The translations under genes and the position numbers were made by a program. Below are positions 22,509 to 34,922 of a stretch of DNA of 64,000 nucleotides, piece by piece. Origin of the DNA: Parvularia atlantis (lineage: Eukaryota). Position 1 is the stretch's first letter. Each line of letters begins with the position of its first letter. The DNA is taken from positions 1-64,000 of the forward strand of contig CALSCO010000043.1 in the NCBI GenBank assembly GCA_943704415.1, in the 5' to 3' direction. The notes under the pieces are model-generated. The model was not told where the DNA came from. It made no database searches and saw only the letters and a list, made by a program, of their open reading frames with translations.

Positions 22509-24439
22509 ATGCCGCGCCCCGCCACCGCCCGCCTTCCCCTGCTCGTCGCCGCCGCGCTCGCCGCCGCCGCCGTCGTGCCGCGCGCCAATGCGGCGCTCCA
22601 GGTCGATATCGGTGCGTGCCGCGCCCGTGCGCCGCCGTTGGCGTTGCCGCTGATTTCCGCGCCGCCCCGACGAGCAGACGGCGCGTCCTTCACGGCCAAC
22701 AACGTCGACGTGCCGTACGGCAGCGTCGCGTACGCCGTGACCGCGCCGGCACCGTTCGTCAAGCTGCGTGTGGCGGCCAGCTGCGCGCTCGCGAGCGGTG
22801 CGCCCTTGTGGCAGCCGCGTGTTCACCGCCCTGCCTGATGCGGCCGGCCGCAGATGTCCCGCCCATCGCCCGCCCCGCCGTCGCCTACGTCAACTTTGAC
22901 GAGGCCAACGCGGCCGGCTGCGCCAGCTACGCCGAGCTGGTCGCGCGCGTGCTGCCGCTCGTCGACGCGTCCGTCTTTGTCCTCGCCCAGCGCGCGCGCG
23001 CCAAGAACCCGCCCGGCTACAACGACGTCTACGGCCCGCACGCCGCCTACGACCCGCCGCGCTTCGCGATCACGGTCATCTCGGGCCCCGCCGGCGTCGC
23101 GCTCGAGGCCGCGCTCGCCCAGGCCGCCGACCCCGCCGCCGCGACCGCGACCGTCACGAGCGGCGTCAACGAGTGGGCCGACTTCGCGACGTCGCCCGGT
23201 ATCGTCGCCTTCCGCGTGTTCCAGACCGTCACGACCTTCGCCGCGCTCGCGTTCATCGTCACCAACCTCGTCCTCACCGCGCGCGCCCACGGCCTGCGCC
23301 AGCTGCTCCGCCTCACCCTCGGCGTGCGTCTCCAGCTGTGCCTCCTCGGCCTCTTCGCCTTTCGCTTCATCCAGGCCGCGGTCGACCCCGTCAACAGCTC
23401 GCGCACGTTCGGCCCCTTCCCCGTGCATCAGGCCCTGCTCTACAGCGGCTTCTTCTGCGGCACGTGCGCCTTCGCCGTACTCCTCATCGGCTGGGCCCGC
23501 GCCTCGGCCTGGGCGCACGCGCGCGTCGACTGGCGCTCCAAGCTGCTCTGGACCGCGCTCATCTACCTCACTGTCGCCCTATTTTTCATCGCCTCAAGCC
23601 TGCTCGTCGCGGCCGCGTTCCAGGCCACGGCCGGCACCGCGCTTGACCGCGCGGCCGACGCGTGCCTGTACGTCGTCGGCGCGGTCATCCTGCTCCTGTG
23701 CTTCATGGCCATCGCCCTCGGCGTGACCCTCCTGCGAATCCTCGACCCAGGCCACTGGGCCAACGCCCACGGCGCTGACAAGCGCTCGTCGCGCCTGCTC
23801 ATCTCGCCGGAGAAGGTGACGATGCTGCGCAAGATCTCGGGCCTGGTCATCGTCGCCAGCGTGGGCTTCATCGGCCTGCTGATCGACGTGCTCGCGGGCG
23901 TCCTGTTCTACATCACCCCGAACGCGCTCATGGGCATCATCTGGATGCAGAGCGTCCTCACGCTGATGATCTGCCTGGCCATGCTCGCGACCTTGCGCTA
24001 CGACAGCCTCCACACGTCCCTGCATTCGTCCTCGCACAACAACTCGCACCCGCGCGTCAAGAGCGACGAGGTCGTGAGCCTCTCGAGCACGCTCGAATCG
24101 CCCGTCGGCACGCCCGAGCTCGCCAACAGCTTCGGCGGCGGCGGCGGCGGCGTCGGCGGCAGCAGTACCAGCAAGAACGCGTTGCGCACCTCGTTCGGCC
24201 TGATGCACCTCCTGCGCACGGGCAGCTCGGGCTCGGGCGCGCCCTCGACCGACAGCGCGGGCGGCTCGGCCGTGTTCAAGGTGGACGTGATCCTGAGCGA
24301 GCTCAGCGTGCCCGACGCCGCGGTGCAGCGCGCCGCCGTCGCCTCGCCCGTGACGCCCAGCAGCCACTACAGCCGCGACGCCGTCGCCGACGAGTTTGTG
24401 CCGGCCACCGCAGACGACGCCGCGGGCGACGCCGTCTGA
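22509..24439 (+). CDS. Orphan seven-transmembrane protein with signal peptide, extracellular domain and Ser-rich tail (GPCR-like topology)
   Basis: Signal peptide MPRPATARLPLLVAAALAAAAVVPRANA; two introns, then a 1.6 kb exon with seven hydrophobic segments from FRVFQTVTTFAALAFIV to IIWMQSVLTLMICLAML. Confidence 0.75.
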
Positions 24440-24526
24440 CAAGCCAGGCGAGCTGCGCTTGCCCTTTTTTTTTTTTTTTTCCACCATTGTTCTTGACCAC
24501 CTCAAAAAAGACAGCAGCTCACGTTC

Positions 24527-25538
24527 TTAATAGCCCTCGGCCGTGAGCGCGCGCGACGAGGGCCACTTGCCCGCCCCGGCCAGCGGCGCCCCGCCGTGCT
24601 GCTGGCGGTCATGGTGCTTACGCACGGTCTCTGTGGCGCGCGTGCGGCAGCGGTCGGCACACCGCCGCGCGCCGCAAATGCTGTCACGGCGCACCTTGCA
24701 GGGCCGCGTCGTGCTTGTACGAGAAGACCCAGTCGCGCGGCGTCCAGCCCTGCTTGTTGCGCACGTTGTGGTTGGCGCCGGCCTCGATCAGCACCTCGAT
24801 GCCGCGCAGGAAGCCGTAGGCGCAGGCGTGGTGCAGCGGCGTGCACCCGTCCTTGTCGAGTGCGTCGACGTGCGCCCCGCCGCTGTCGAGCAGCATCTGC
24901 GCGCGGCGTGCGTGTTGGCGCGGCTCCCCACTGCGCCCGCACGCGCAAACACGCACGAGCATCATCTCCACGCGCGAGTGGCGCGCGCAAAAGTGCAGGC
25001 ACGTCCACTGGTCCAGGTTGACAAGGTGCACCGACTGCGGGCAGCGGCGCACGAGCAGCGCAAACACCTGGGCCGGCCGCGGGGCCGCGATCAGCCGCAC
25101 CAGCGCGACGGCGCCCCCGCGCACGCACGTCCATGCTCCCGTACTGGCACGCGACCATCAGCGGCGTATTCAGGTTCACGTCCTGCACGCCATCGTGAGC
25201 CCGCGACCTGCCGGTGCCGCGTGCGCCGCACCCGCGCCACGCCGCCATCCTCGTGGCCCAGGTCGAGCAGCAGCGCGGCGACGGCGGCGTGGTTGTGGCG
25301 CGCGGCGTAGTGCAGCGACGACCTGCGCAGGCGACGCAAAGCCGCGCGCAGGGGCTGAGACGCACCCGCGACGCGGGCGAAACACGGCGCACCAGCCGCT
25401 CGCGGTATCGTAGTTCTGCACGGCGACGCTGCCGCCCGGCGCAGCCTGCGCGCCCCGCAGCAGCTTGCGGAAGCGGTCCGCGTGCCCGTCGACCACCGCG
25501 TCGCGCAGCTTCTCGGCGAGCGACGCCGCGCGATGCAT
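24527..25538 (-). CDS. Ankyrin-repeat protein similar to TORC2 subunit Avo2
   Basis: KLRDAVVDG..RKLLR..NYDTASGW|SSLHYAARHNH..LLDLGHE..|DVNLNTPLMVAC; GCTPLHHACAYG; RNKQGWTP. N-terminus matches the fungal Avo2 pattern as recalled. Confidence 0.75.
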
Positions 25539-25668
25539 CACAGCGAGCGCGGCCTGTCTGTCACGCAACTGAGCGAAAACCCGAGCTGCGGCGGTGCCGT
25601 TCACACGGCGCAGTGTCGGCCGCGTGGCACTTCCTCTCGTTCACCCGCCTCACCCGATCGCCCCGCCG

Positions 25669-26489
25669 ATGTCCGCGCCGTCGCCCGCCGTCGCCGCGCC
25701 GCCCGGCCTCGGCATCGCGCTGCCGCCCACGCCGCCCGCGCTGATGCCGCTGGCCGCCGCGCCGCCCCCGCCCGCCGCGCCCGATGCGTTGTCAGCTATC
25801 GCCGCCGCGCCGTCGTCGTGGTGGTGGACCGGCGCGGCCGTCGCCGCCGGCGCCCTCGGCTCGGCCGTGCTCGCCTACGCTGTTTACTTTGACTACAAGC
25901 GCCGCAGCGACCCAGCCTTCCGCAAGCGCATCCGTGCGGGGCGAACGGGCATGCGCGAGGCGGCATCAGTGGCTGACGCGGCATCCCGCTCCCCCGCGGC
26001 TCACAGGCGACGCCTACCGCGAGGACGTGCGGCTGCAGCAGGAGCGCAACAAGCAACGCATGGCCAGCCTTGACTTTACCGTGCCGCCGCTGCCGACGCA
26101 CCCGGTGCGTGCGTGCGAGGCGCGCTTGCTCGTTGCTGCTGACACAACCGGGGAAGGCCGAGCGCGAGCAGTTCATGATGGACCACCTGCAGCGCGGCGA
26201 GAACGTGCTGCGCCTGGGCGGTGCGTGCCGTAGCGGGCTGCGCGCGCGCTGACGGTGGCGGTGCAGGCCCCGAGGAGAAGGCCGCGTTCCACTTTTTCAA
26301 CGCGGCGCGCGTCGTGCCCAACCCGACGCAGCTCATCCAGCTCTTCCAGCAGTCGCTGCCCTCGTCCACGTTCAACCTGATCCTGCAGTTTATCCAGCAG
26401 GAGGTGCGGCGGCAGTGGGCGCGCGCGCTTCTTGGCCCTCACACGGAGCGCAGATCGAGCAGGCAAAGCCGGGCGTCGACATCGACTGA
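25669..26489 (+). CDS. TOM20: Mitochondrial import receptor Tom20
   Basis: TM followed by LAYAVYFDYKRRSDPAFRKRI; EQFMMDHLQRGE; AAFHFFNAARVVPNPTQLIQLFQQSLP; acidic end VDID*. Confidence 0.93.
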
Positions 26490-26548
26490 TGGGCGCGGCC
26501 CGCCCGCACGTGCCTGCCCTTCTGTGTACAGCGCACGGGCCAGCTGAG

Positions 26549-27616
26549 CTACTTTGAAGTCGCGCCGTATTTGGCGCGGAGCTCGTTGCCCTTGCTGGCG
26601 TACTTGTTGCGGATGTTGCGCTGCGTCTGCGGGCGCGCCGATGAGCACAGCACAGCTCAGGACGGGCTTCGCGCGGCGCCACCTCCTGTGTGCTCTCACG
26701 CCGCTGCCGGTCGAGGTCGCTCTTGATGACCGTGGTCGAGGCCGTCTTGCGCCGCGCGATCAGCTCGCGGAAGGCGTCGATCCACCTGCGTGCACGGCTC
26801 GCATGAGTGCAGGCCATGCACAGGGCACGCACCCCTCCATCGCATCGACCGAGAGCGCGACGAGGTCGAGTGTGACGTTGTCGGCGAAGACGAGCGAGAA
26901 GCTGCGGTCCTCGACTGCGCGCGTCGTGAACCGTGAGCGGCATGCGGCGTGCGGCGCGCGCGCGGGCACGGACACTTCTGGATGCCGTGGCCGAGGCAGC
27001 ACGTGAGGAAGAAGAGCGTGTGGGCGCTGTGGAACGTGTCGGTCTGCTGCCCGACGACGACGGTGCGGAAGTCGTCCAGCTCGACCTGCGCGCGCGCCTC
27101 GGTGAGCCGTGCTGCGATCCGCACGGGAGGGCGTGGCACCTGCTCCGTCACGCCAAACTGGAACCGTTCCGACTTCCACTGCAGCAGCTCCTGGTCGGGG
27201 CTGACGCGCAGCCGCACCTCGTGGTCGGTGCCGTCGCGGTCGACCTTCTGGAAGATGGCCTCTGCCGCGCCGTGCCGCGCGCCGTCAGCATCCGCATCGC
27301 CCTCGCCCCGGCCACGCACCGCGCTGCAGCAGCGGCAGCTTCTGCGTCACCCACACGCTGCACGGCTCGCACGCGCGCCCGTCGCTCACGCCCAGGTCGC
27401 GCACGGTGATGCGCCAGTGCGAGCAGTCGTCGCAGAACACGTTGCCGCACAGCCGGCAGTGATGCTGCGCCGCACGTCAGCATCCGCGCCCTGATGGCCA
27501 TCGGACGCTCGGCCACCGCGAGCGCGCGCCTTGCGGTTGACGAGGTCGAAGCGGCCCTTGCACGAGGCGCAGTGCGTCGCGGCCGTGTCGGCCACCCAGT
27601 GCGCCGTCGTCGCCAT
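26549..27616 (-). CDS. FYVE zinc finger + PLC-type PH-like domain protein
   Basis: WVAD..HCASCKGRFDLVNRK|HHCRLCGNVFCDDCS..RACEPC; then VVVGQQTDTF, DRSFSLVF..TLDLVA..RWIDAF; basic C-terminal helix. Confidence 0.85.
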
Positions 27617-27652
27617 CCGCAACCGCGAGCAGCAACAAAAACAGCGTCTGTG

Positions 27653-28897
27653 TCACCATGTCGCGCCCAGCCCCGGCCCGCCCCCGCCCCCGCTGCCCCC
27701 CGTGCCCCCACCCGGCCCGTGCGACGACACGTCCGGCGGCGGCCAGAACGTCGGCACGTCGACGTCGAACAGCGTCTTGTTGTTGCGGATGAAGGTCTTG
27801 TGCGCGCGCGCAATCAGCACGCGGAGCACCGGCACGCGAGCGCCGCGCCGGCCACGCACAAAGGTCCCGTACATGCGCCCCGCCGGCGTCTGCAGCACCG
27901 GCCCGGGCGAGCTCTCGTACACAAAGTGCTCGCCCGGGTTGAGGATCGGGCGCTTCCCGACCACGCCCAGGCCCTCAATGTTGTACACATTGCCGTCTGG
28001 CGCACACGGCGTCAGCCCGCCGCACACCCCACGTCACCGCACCGCCACGCACAGTCCTCCACGATCGTCCACTTGCGCGTCAGCAGCTGCACCACGTCCG
28101 TCGTTGACGTGTTCTCGATTGTCACGTTGTACACCCACCGGAAGCGCATCTTGCTCGCCTTGCCCGCCTGCACGCTAAAGTCCGTGTGCCGCCCAAAGTC
28201 GAACTGCGGCACGACCGTGATCTGTCCGTGCACACGCGTGCCTCAGGCGCGTGCGCGTCAAGCGCGCCGACACGCACGCACCGACACGCTCCCGCCCGTG
28301 TTTCTGTACACGGAGCAGAACGGCAGCGTGCGCTGCAGCACGCGCGACCAGCGCAGCAGGCGGTCGTTGGGCGTGTAGGCGAGCTCGGGTGTGACGTGGA
28401 ACAGCCCGTCGGCCAGCGGACTCTCGACCGCCGTCTCGGGCTTGTACGGGAGGATGGACCGGTACGGCACTGCGGCGCGGCGCCGTCAGGGTCCTCGTGC
28501 ACGGGCCGCCGCTGCGCCCACGCACCGTACGACGGCATCATGTCGAACCCGCGCATGTCGGCGCTCTCGTCGCGCACGTCGCGCGCCACGATAAAGTACG
28601 TGTCGCGCCGGGCCATCGAGCTGTTGGGCGCGGTCGTGCTACTGACGGGCCGGTCGTACACCAGCGCGCTCCACGGGTGCAGCACGATGCCGCGGTACCC
28701 TGCGCCGAGCCGGCCGTGAGTCGCCGTACGTGTGCGCGCGCACACGCACCAAACTGCAGGTGCACAAACGTCTGCCCGGGCTCGTACGACGGCGCGCGGC
28801 TCAGCATCTTGCCGATCGCCACCGTCGCCAGCGCGCGCGCCGGCGCGAGCGGCCGCGGCCCGCGCCAGCCGCACGCGCCGACGCAACGTGCGAGCAT
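27653..28897 (-). CDS. POLDIP2: Polymerase delta-interacting protein 2 (YccV-like + ApaG domains)
   Basis: Presequence; YEPGQTFVHLQF|GYRGIVLHPW; SILPY; RWVYNVTIEN..VQLLTRKWTI..GLGVVGKRPILNPGEHFVYES..TPAGRMYGTF. Confidence 0.85.
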
Positions 28898-29250
28898 CTG
28901 TCACGGAAGTCCAATGATGATGTCATTGCTACCGCCCACAAGATGCCCGCGGTGCCGCGGGGGTACAAGAGGCGAGTGGTCAATTTGCATTCCAATACTT
29001 TCGCAAGGTTCGTGGCAAAAGCCAATCACACAAGCAGACCGGTTGCCCTTGTGCCCGGTCTCGCCTCACAAAGAAAACAAAAGCAAAAACCTCGACGAAA
29101 GAATCTGGACCACGTGGCCGCATATTTGTGACGCGCGGCCATGGCGGCCTCCTTGCGGGACCCGCGTCATCGTCACTCCTCGCTGCTGCCGCCACGCGCG
29201 CGCCCACGCCACGGCCACGCCACGGCCACGCCACTTCGCGCGACGCCGCG

Positions 29251-31328
29251 ATGGACCTGCCGCCGCCGTACCGCTCGCCCGCCGCTGCCGGCGGTGGCGC
29301 GCACGGCCGCACGGCCTCGACGCCCGCGCCCACGGCCCCGGCGCCGCCGCCGCGTCGCACGCCGCGCGCCGAGCAGCCGCAGCAGCCGCCCGGATCGCCC
29401 TTCGCGCCGCACCTCGCCGCGCTGCAGCAGCAGCAGCACCTGGTCGAGGGCATCCACCAGGCCGACGACGCCCCGAGCGCCCTAGCCGTGTTTGAGCAGA
29501 TCGTGACGCTGATGGGCGGCGCCACGGACGACATCGCCCTCAGCTGGATCGACAACGCGACCATCCGCCACGGCCTCGTCGACCTGCTCACGCCGGTCGT
29601 CCTGGCCGCGTGCGTGCTTTGCCGGCTCGAGACCGTGCTGATCGCGCCCGCGCGCGCCCACACAGCACATTCCAGTGGCTCCTCGCGCGCAAGCCCTACA
29701 CGCCACCCTCCTCGGCCACCTCGGCCTTCGCCTTCGCCGCGTCCTACTACGGCAGCGGCAGCAGCGGCAGCAGCAGCACCGCGTCCACGCCCACCAGCGC
29801 GTCCTCGTCCACCGGCAGCGACACCCTCGGCTTCCACGCATCGGCGCACGCGCGCGCGCAGCCGCAGCCGTCGCACCAGCCGCCGGGCTCGCGCACGGGC
29901 GCGCTGCAGCTGCTTGTGCGCCTCTTTGGCTGGATCTGGACGCGCTCGTCGACCTCGGGCGCGCGCGCCGGCGCCGCCGTGGGCCTCGACGACGACGCCG
30001 GCGGTCCGCCCGCGCGCCCGCGCCTCGGCGACCAGGACGCGGCCGAGGCGCAAGAGTGCCTGGACCGCGACGAGGCCGTGCTCGAGCGCAAGTATCAGGC
30101 GCGGCGCCGTGTGCCGCGCTGCAGCGTGCAGCAGTCGCGCCTCACGCTCGACGCGCTCCCGTACGACTCGCCGTTGCTCGTGCCGTGCCTGTTCAGCCAC
30201 CTGCGCGGCGAGGCCCGCTCGCTGCGCGCCCTCGGCTTTTACGTCGCCCTGGTCGACCAGCTCGTGCGCCTGTTCTCGCGCTGGCACATGGCCTTCTCTG
30301 AGGCGCTGGACGACGCGCGCCGCCGCCCGGACGTGCTGCAACTCGTGGCTGAGGCCGTGCTCATGTTCCCCGCGGCCGTCGTCGAGCGCAGCGTGCCGGC
30401 CACGGCCGCGACCGAGCCCGCGTACGGCGACGAGCGACTGCAACGCCGCTCGCCGCCCGCCTCGGCCACCGTCACATCGATCGCCGCGGCCGCGGCCGAC
30501 GAGCTGCGCAACTTCGAGCCGCAGGCGGTGCTGCTGCTCGACCGGCTGCTGCGCCTGGGTGTCGCGTGGATGGGCCGGCTGTACGACGTCGACGCGGGCC
30601 AGCTGCTCGACTCGGTTCGGCGGCACGCCGTGCACAACGCGGCGGCGCACCTGAGTGCGTGCGTGGGGTCGTGCCCGCGCGCGACGCAACTCGACGTCGT
30701 GCACTGGCTCGCGATCATCGTCACGACCAACGAGGCCGCGGCCGAGACGAGCAAGGCCGACGCGGACGTGCCGCCGAACGAGCAGCAGCTGCACCTGCGC
30801 ATGCTCATGCACAGCTCCAAGCGCGCCATCTTCGACACCCTCGCCGTCTTCAGCCAGGACCGCGCCCTCCTCGGCGCGTTCGAGCGTGAGTACGGCCCGC
30901 AGGACCTGCTTGTGCTGCTCGCGCGCCCGTGCCTCGCCGCCAACCTCGTCGGGCTCGTCCTGTGCACGTACGGCCGCTGCCCGAACCTGTACCGGCACAA
31001 GACGGCGCTGCAGACGGCGCTCCAGGGCTTCCTGCACCCGCGCGACCTGTCGTCGGCCGTGCTCGGTGCCGTGATCGTGACTGCGCGTTGTTTCCCCCCC
31101 CCCCCCCCCCCCCCCCCCCCCCTGCCGGCGCTCACACGCAGCGCGCGCGCGCGCGCGTGCACAGCACCTGCCGCGTACGAGGCGCACGGCCTGCGGCTCG
31201 ACACGATCCAGAAGCTGTGCCACTGGGCGCGCGACATGCTCCCGCTCCTGATCGAGCAGCTCGCCCTGCCGATGGACCGCAACCTGCGCTTCGCGCCGCT
31301 CTCGAGCCCGCACGCGATCCTGGCGTGA
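29251..31328 (+). CDS. Uncharacterised alpha-helical protein (paralog A)
   Basis: Three exons with strong GC3 bias joined by GT-AG introns; long Leu/Ala-rich helical ORF; no family recognised. Confidence 0.7.
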
Positions 31329-31558
31329 CGCCCCGTGCCTTCCTCGTCTCCCTCTGTGAACTTGTCCCTGTGTGCGTGTCGCGCACGCGCTTTGCAACAA
31401 CGTCCTTGAACGCGTCCTCCTTTCACGCGCATGATCGGGCCAGCACAAGCCATCATGAGCCGCGTCCGCGTCCGCAGCCCCGGCCGCCAGCACACCGCCA
31501 GGAGGCCGCACTTTCGCCGGGCGTGCCCCACAGCAACCGCGCGGTGCGGCCGCGGGCG

Positions 31559-33145
31559 ATGGACCTCGACCGGTGCGCGTCCCGGCCGCGTCCCGGCCGC
31601 GTCTCGTCGCGGCCGCGCTGAAACGCCGCGTCGCGCCGGTGCCGCGGACGCGTTTCGCCCGCGCGTAGCTACCGCGATCCGGAGCACCGCGCGCTGCGCG
31701 CTGAGCTCGCCAAGGGGCCGGACGACCCGGACGCGTCGCCGGCCGCGACGCTGTTTGCGTTCCGCGCGCTCGTGCGGCGGCTCAACGCGCACGTCGACCG
31801 CGGCGACATCGCGGCGTGCATGCGGACGCTGCAGGACGCGGGCGTGACACGCGCGCTGCTGGACCAGCTGCAGCCGGCGACGATCGCGGCGTGCGTGTGC
31901 CCGCGCGTGCTGTGTGCTGCGCGCCGCGTACTGCGTGCTGATGTGGGCCACGCGCAGGCAGATGCACGGGCTCTTCGCGGGCCGGCAGCCCTACGCGCTC
32001 ATCGCGCGGCGCCGCACGCACGGCCCGCGCAGGCAGCTCTGGCCGTCGCGGCTCATGCAGCTGCTCGCGTTGCTGGTGTGGCCCGCGACCGCCGCCTCGC
32101 CGTCGTCAAACGGGCGCGCCGGCAAGACCCACCCGGACGTGCGCGTGGTGCACGCCGCGCCGCCGCCGCGCCCGCGCGCCCCGCCGCTGCGCGCGCCCGC
32201 GCACATGACCGAGCTCAACCTGGACACGGTGCCGAGCGACTCGGAGCTGCCGTGGCGGAGCATGTTTGCGGACGCGACGTACCCCGGCGACGAGGCGATC
32301 GCGTTCTACTGCGAGCTTGTGCGGCTCCTGGCCGTGCTCGTGCAGCGCAGCATGCACACGTACCAGCTGCTGCGTGCCGAGCAGCGCCTGCGCAACGGGC
32401 TCCTGCTGGTCATGCACGCGCTGACGATGCTGCCCGAGCCCCTCCTGCGCGCCGGCGAGCACGCCCCGCCCGTCGAGCTCGCCCAGCACCTCGTCACCCT
32501 CGCCCTCGCCTGGATCGCACGCATGCTCGAGCACGAGCACGCGCAGCTTCGCGAACACGCCAGCCGCCCGCTCACCATTCGCTTCGCGACGCACCTCGGC
32601 GCCATCGCCGCCACCGAGCACTGCCGGCCGCAGCTGCGCGCCGCAATCGTCGTGCTCGTCGCCGTCGTTGCCGCGCTCACCGACCGCGCCCAGCATCCGC
32701 TGCGCGGGTGCTGCCTGGCCGTTTCGGACGCGCTCGAGGCCGAGGTTCGTCATCGCCGCCGCCGCCGTCTGCTGTCGACCGACTGACACGACGCGCGGCG
32801 CAGGTCACGGCGCAGCTCGACCACGACCGCGCGCCGCTCACGCACTTCACCGACGTGCCGCACGACATCGCCACCGTGCTCGTCCTCCTCAGCCAGCCCG
32901 AGCCCGCCATCAACCTCGTCGGCCTCGTCCTCGCCGCCCATACGCCCCAGTGCTGGAAGCACAGCACGGTCGACCTGAGCGTCGCCATCAACCGCCTCGC
33001 GAAGGCCCCGCCCGAGCGCTGCGTCTTCCACGCAGCCGGCCACGGCGGCAGCGCCGATCTGCGCGCGCGCTGGGCCGACCGGCTCGCGCGGGCCGCTGCG
33101 CTGCGGCACCGGCTCGTGCTCGCGCTGGACGACTGGCGCGCGTAG
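31559..33145 (+). CDS. Uncharacterised alpha-helical protein (paralog B)
   Basis: MDLDR|YRDPEHRALR..LLDQLQPATIA|..QMHGLFAGRQPY..; three introns; ends LALDDWRA*; shares motifs with 29251-31328. Confidence 0.7.
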
Positions 33146-33746
33146 GCCTAGTGCGGCCCGAGTCGCCGTTCGACGACGAGGGCGAGGAACTGAAGGCGGC
33201 ACAGGGTGACCTACGCCAACCGCGCCGGCCTTGTGTGGATTACTAGCAAAATGCGAAGCCACAACCGAGGCAAAGAAGAGGAGAGGCTGATCGCATAAAA
33301 GACACTCAGAGTCTCCGGGGAAGTAGATAATGGAACTGTGCGGGTTCATTTGCGCGGCACCTGCACAGCCACGCCCGAGTTCAAGTTTTTGCGGCAAGGA
33401 ACACGCATTGCACAACCGCGTGTCCGACCCGCGTCGGTCTCTTCAAGGACGGCCTATACCTCTGAAACACGGTGCATTTTTTTTTTTGTGTGTGTGTGCA
33501 TGCGGCTCGCAGTTCGCTGACTCGAACGACTGTTGACTCATGACCTGCTGAACGAACGTGAATTGTCGTTTGTTGTTTTCTCTTCAAGTTGTGTACGTAC
33601 TCAGGGATACAGCACAAACACAGACGACGGAGGAGCCGGAGCGGGTGTATGTGAGTGAGCGGACGGGAAGAAAAGGAAAACAGCCCCATGCGTGGCGAGG
33701 CACTCACGCGTCGTCCTGTTCTCGCTGTCGGGGCGTGGAGAGGCGC

Positions 33747-34922
33747 TCACGCGTCGTCGCCACCCCGGGTCAGGCCGCGGTTGACGAGCTCGTACGTGCC
33801 GAAGATAACGGCGTTGGACGGGATCGCGCGCAGGAGTGTCACGCCAAAGCCGCGGTAGAGGCCGCGCACGCCCTCCGTGCGCCAGAGCGCGCTCAGGCGG
33901 CCAAAGTAGTCAGGCTTGAGCGAGTTGGAGGCCTCGGCCTGAATCTGCGTCTTGACAACGTCGGCGGGGAACATGATCGCGTTGTAGCCGATGCCGCCGA
34001 TCGAGCCCGCTGCCATGACCTGCACACCGTGGGGCGTGAGTCACGGGGCTGCGTTTTTGGCGTGCGTCACGAGGCGCACCTGCAGCGGCGAGAGCGACTC
34101 CTTGCGGCCGTCAGGCGCCATGGCCTTGACGCAGAGCTCGAAGGCGCCGAACCAGGCCGCGCCGCCAAAGGTCTCGCGGGCGAACGTGGCCGAGTGGCCC
34201 TTGTACATGCCGGCGACGCCGTTGGTGCGGAGCTCGCGGAAGACGGTGTCGAACGCGCCCGAGATCTCCTTCTGCATCTGCATGCGGCACTTGACGAGCT
34301 CGACGGGGGTCATGACAAACGAGACGACGCTGCCGGCCATGGCGCCGGCCGCGGCCAGGCCGCCGATCGAGAGCGGGCCCTCGCTGTCGCCCTTGATGAG
34401 CTTCTGGATCTCGCCGTACGAGACGAAGAGCACGGCGTTCTCAAGGACCGCGCCCAGCATGGGGGCCACGAAGCCGCGGTAGACGCCGTGCCATCCCTCG
34501 TGGCGCACGATGTGCTTGAGGCAGTCGTACGAGCCGGCAAACTGGCGGGGCGCGCTGAGGTCCTGGTGCCACACGCGATGTGTGCGTGAGATAAAAGAGC
34601 CATTCGCGGACAGTCGGCCCGATCGCGCGCGCACCTGGCACTGCAGGCGGACCTTGACCGTGTCGAACGGGTACTCGACGAGCTTGCTGGTGACGCCGGC
34701 GCACGAGCCGGCGAGGAGGTCTGCGCGGGCGACGGCGCGCGCGTTGTGAGCCGTCGCGCGCGTGCGGCAAAAAAAAAAAAAAAAGGGAAAGGCGTCACCT
34801 GCGGTCTTGCGGTCGAGCGCAAGGGTCGGGAGGCGCAGCAGCGGCAGGCGGCGCAGCAGCGACGTCGCGGTGAGGGCGAGCGAGGTCGACGTGCTCGTGG
34901 CGGCCGCCGAGGCCGTGCTCAT
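33747..34922 (-). CDS. Mitochondrial carrier (SLC25), ornithine/basic amino acid carrier-like (Ort1/SLC25A15 type)
   Basis: Three signature repeats YPFDTVKVRLQ, TPVELVKCRMQ, FPADVVKTQIQ; contact points LENAVLF, ARET, LRAIP. Confidence 0.9.

Noticed and set aside
31093..31122. Poly-C run read as a polyproline tract
   Set aside because: It lies within an intron-like segment (ending GCACAG at about 31164, with CTCAC branch); homopolymer length is also unreliable.
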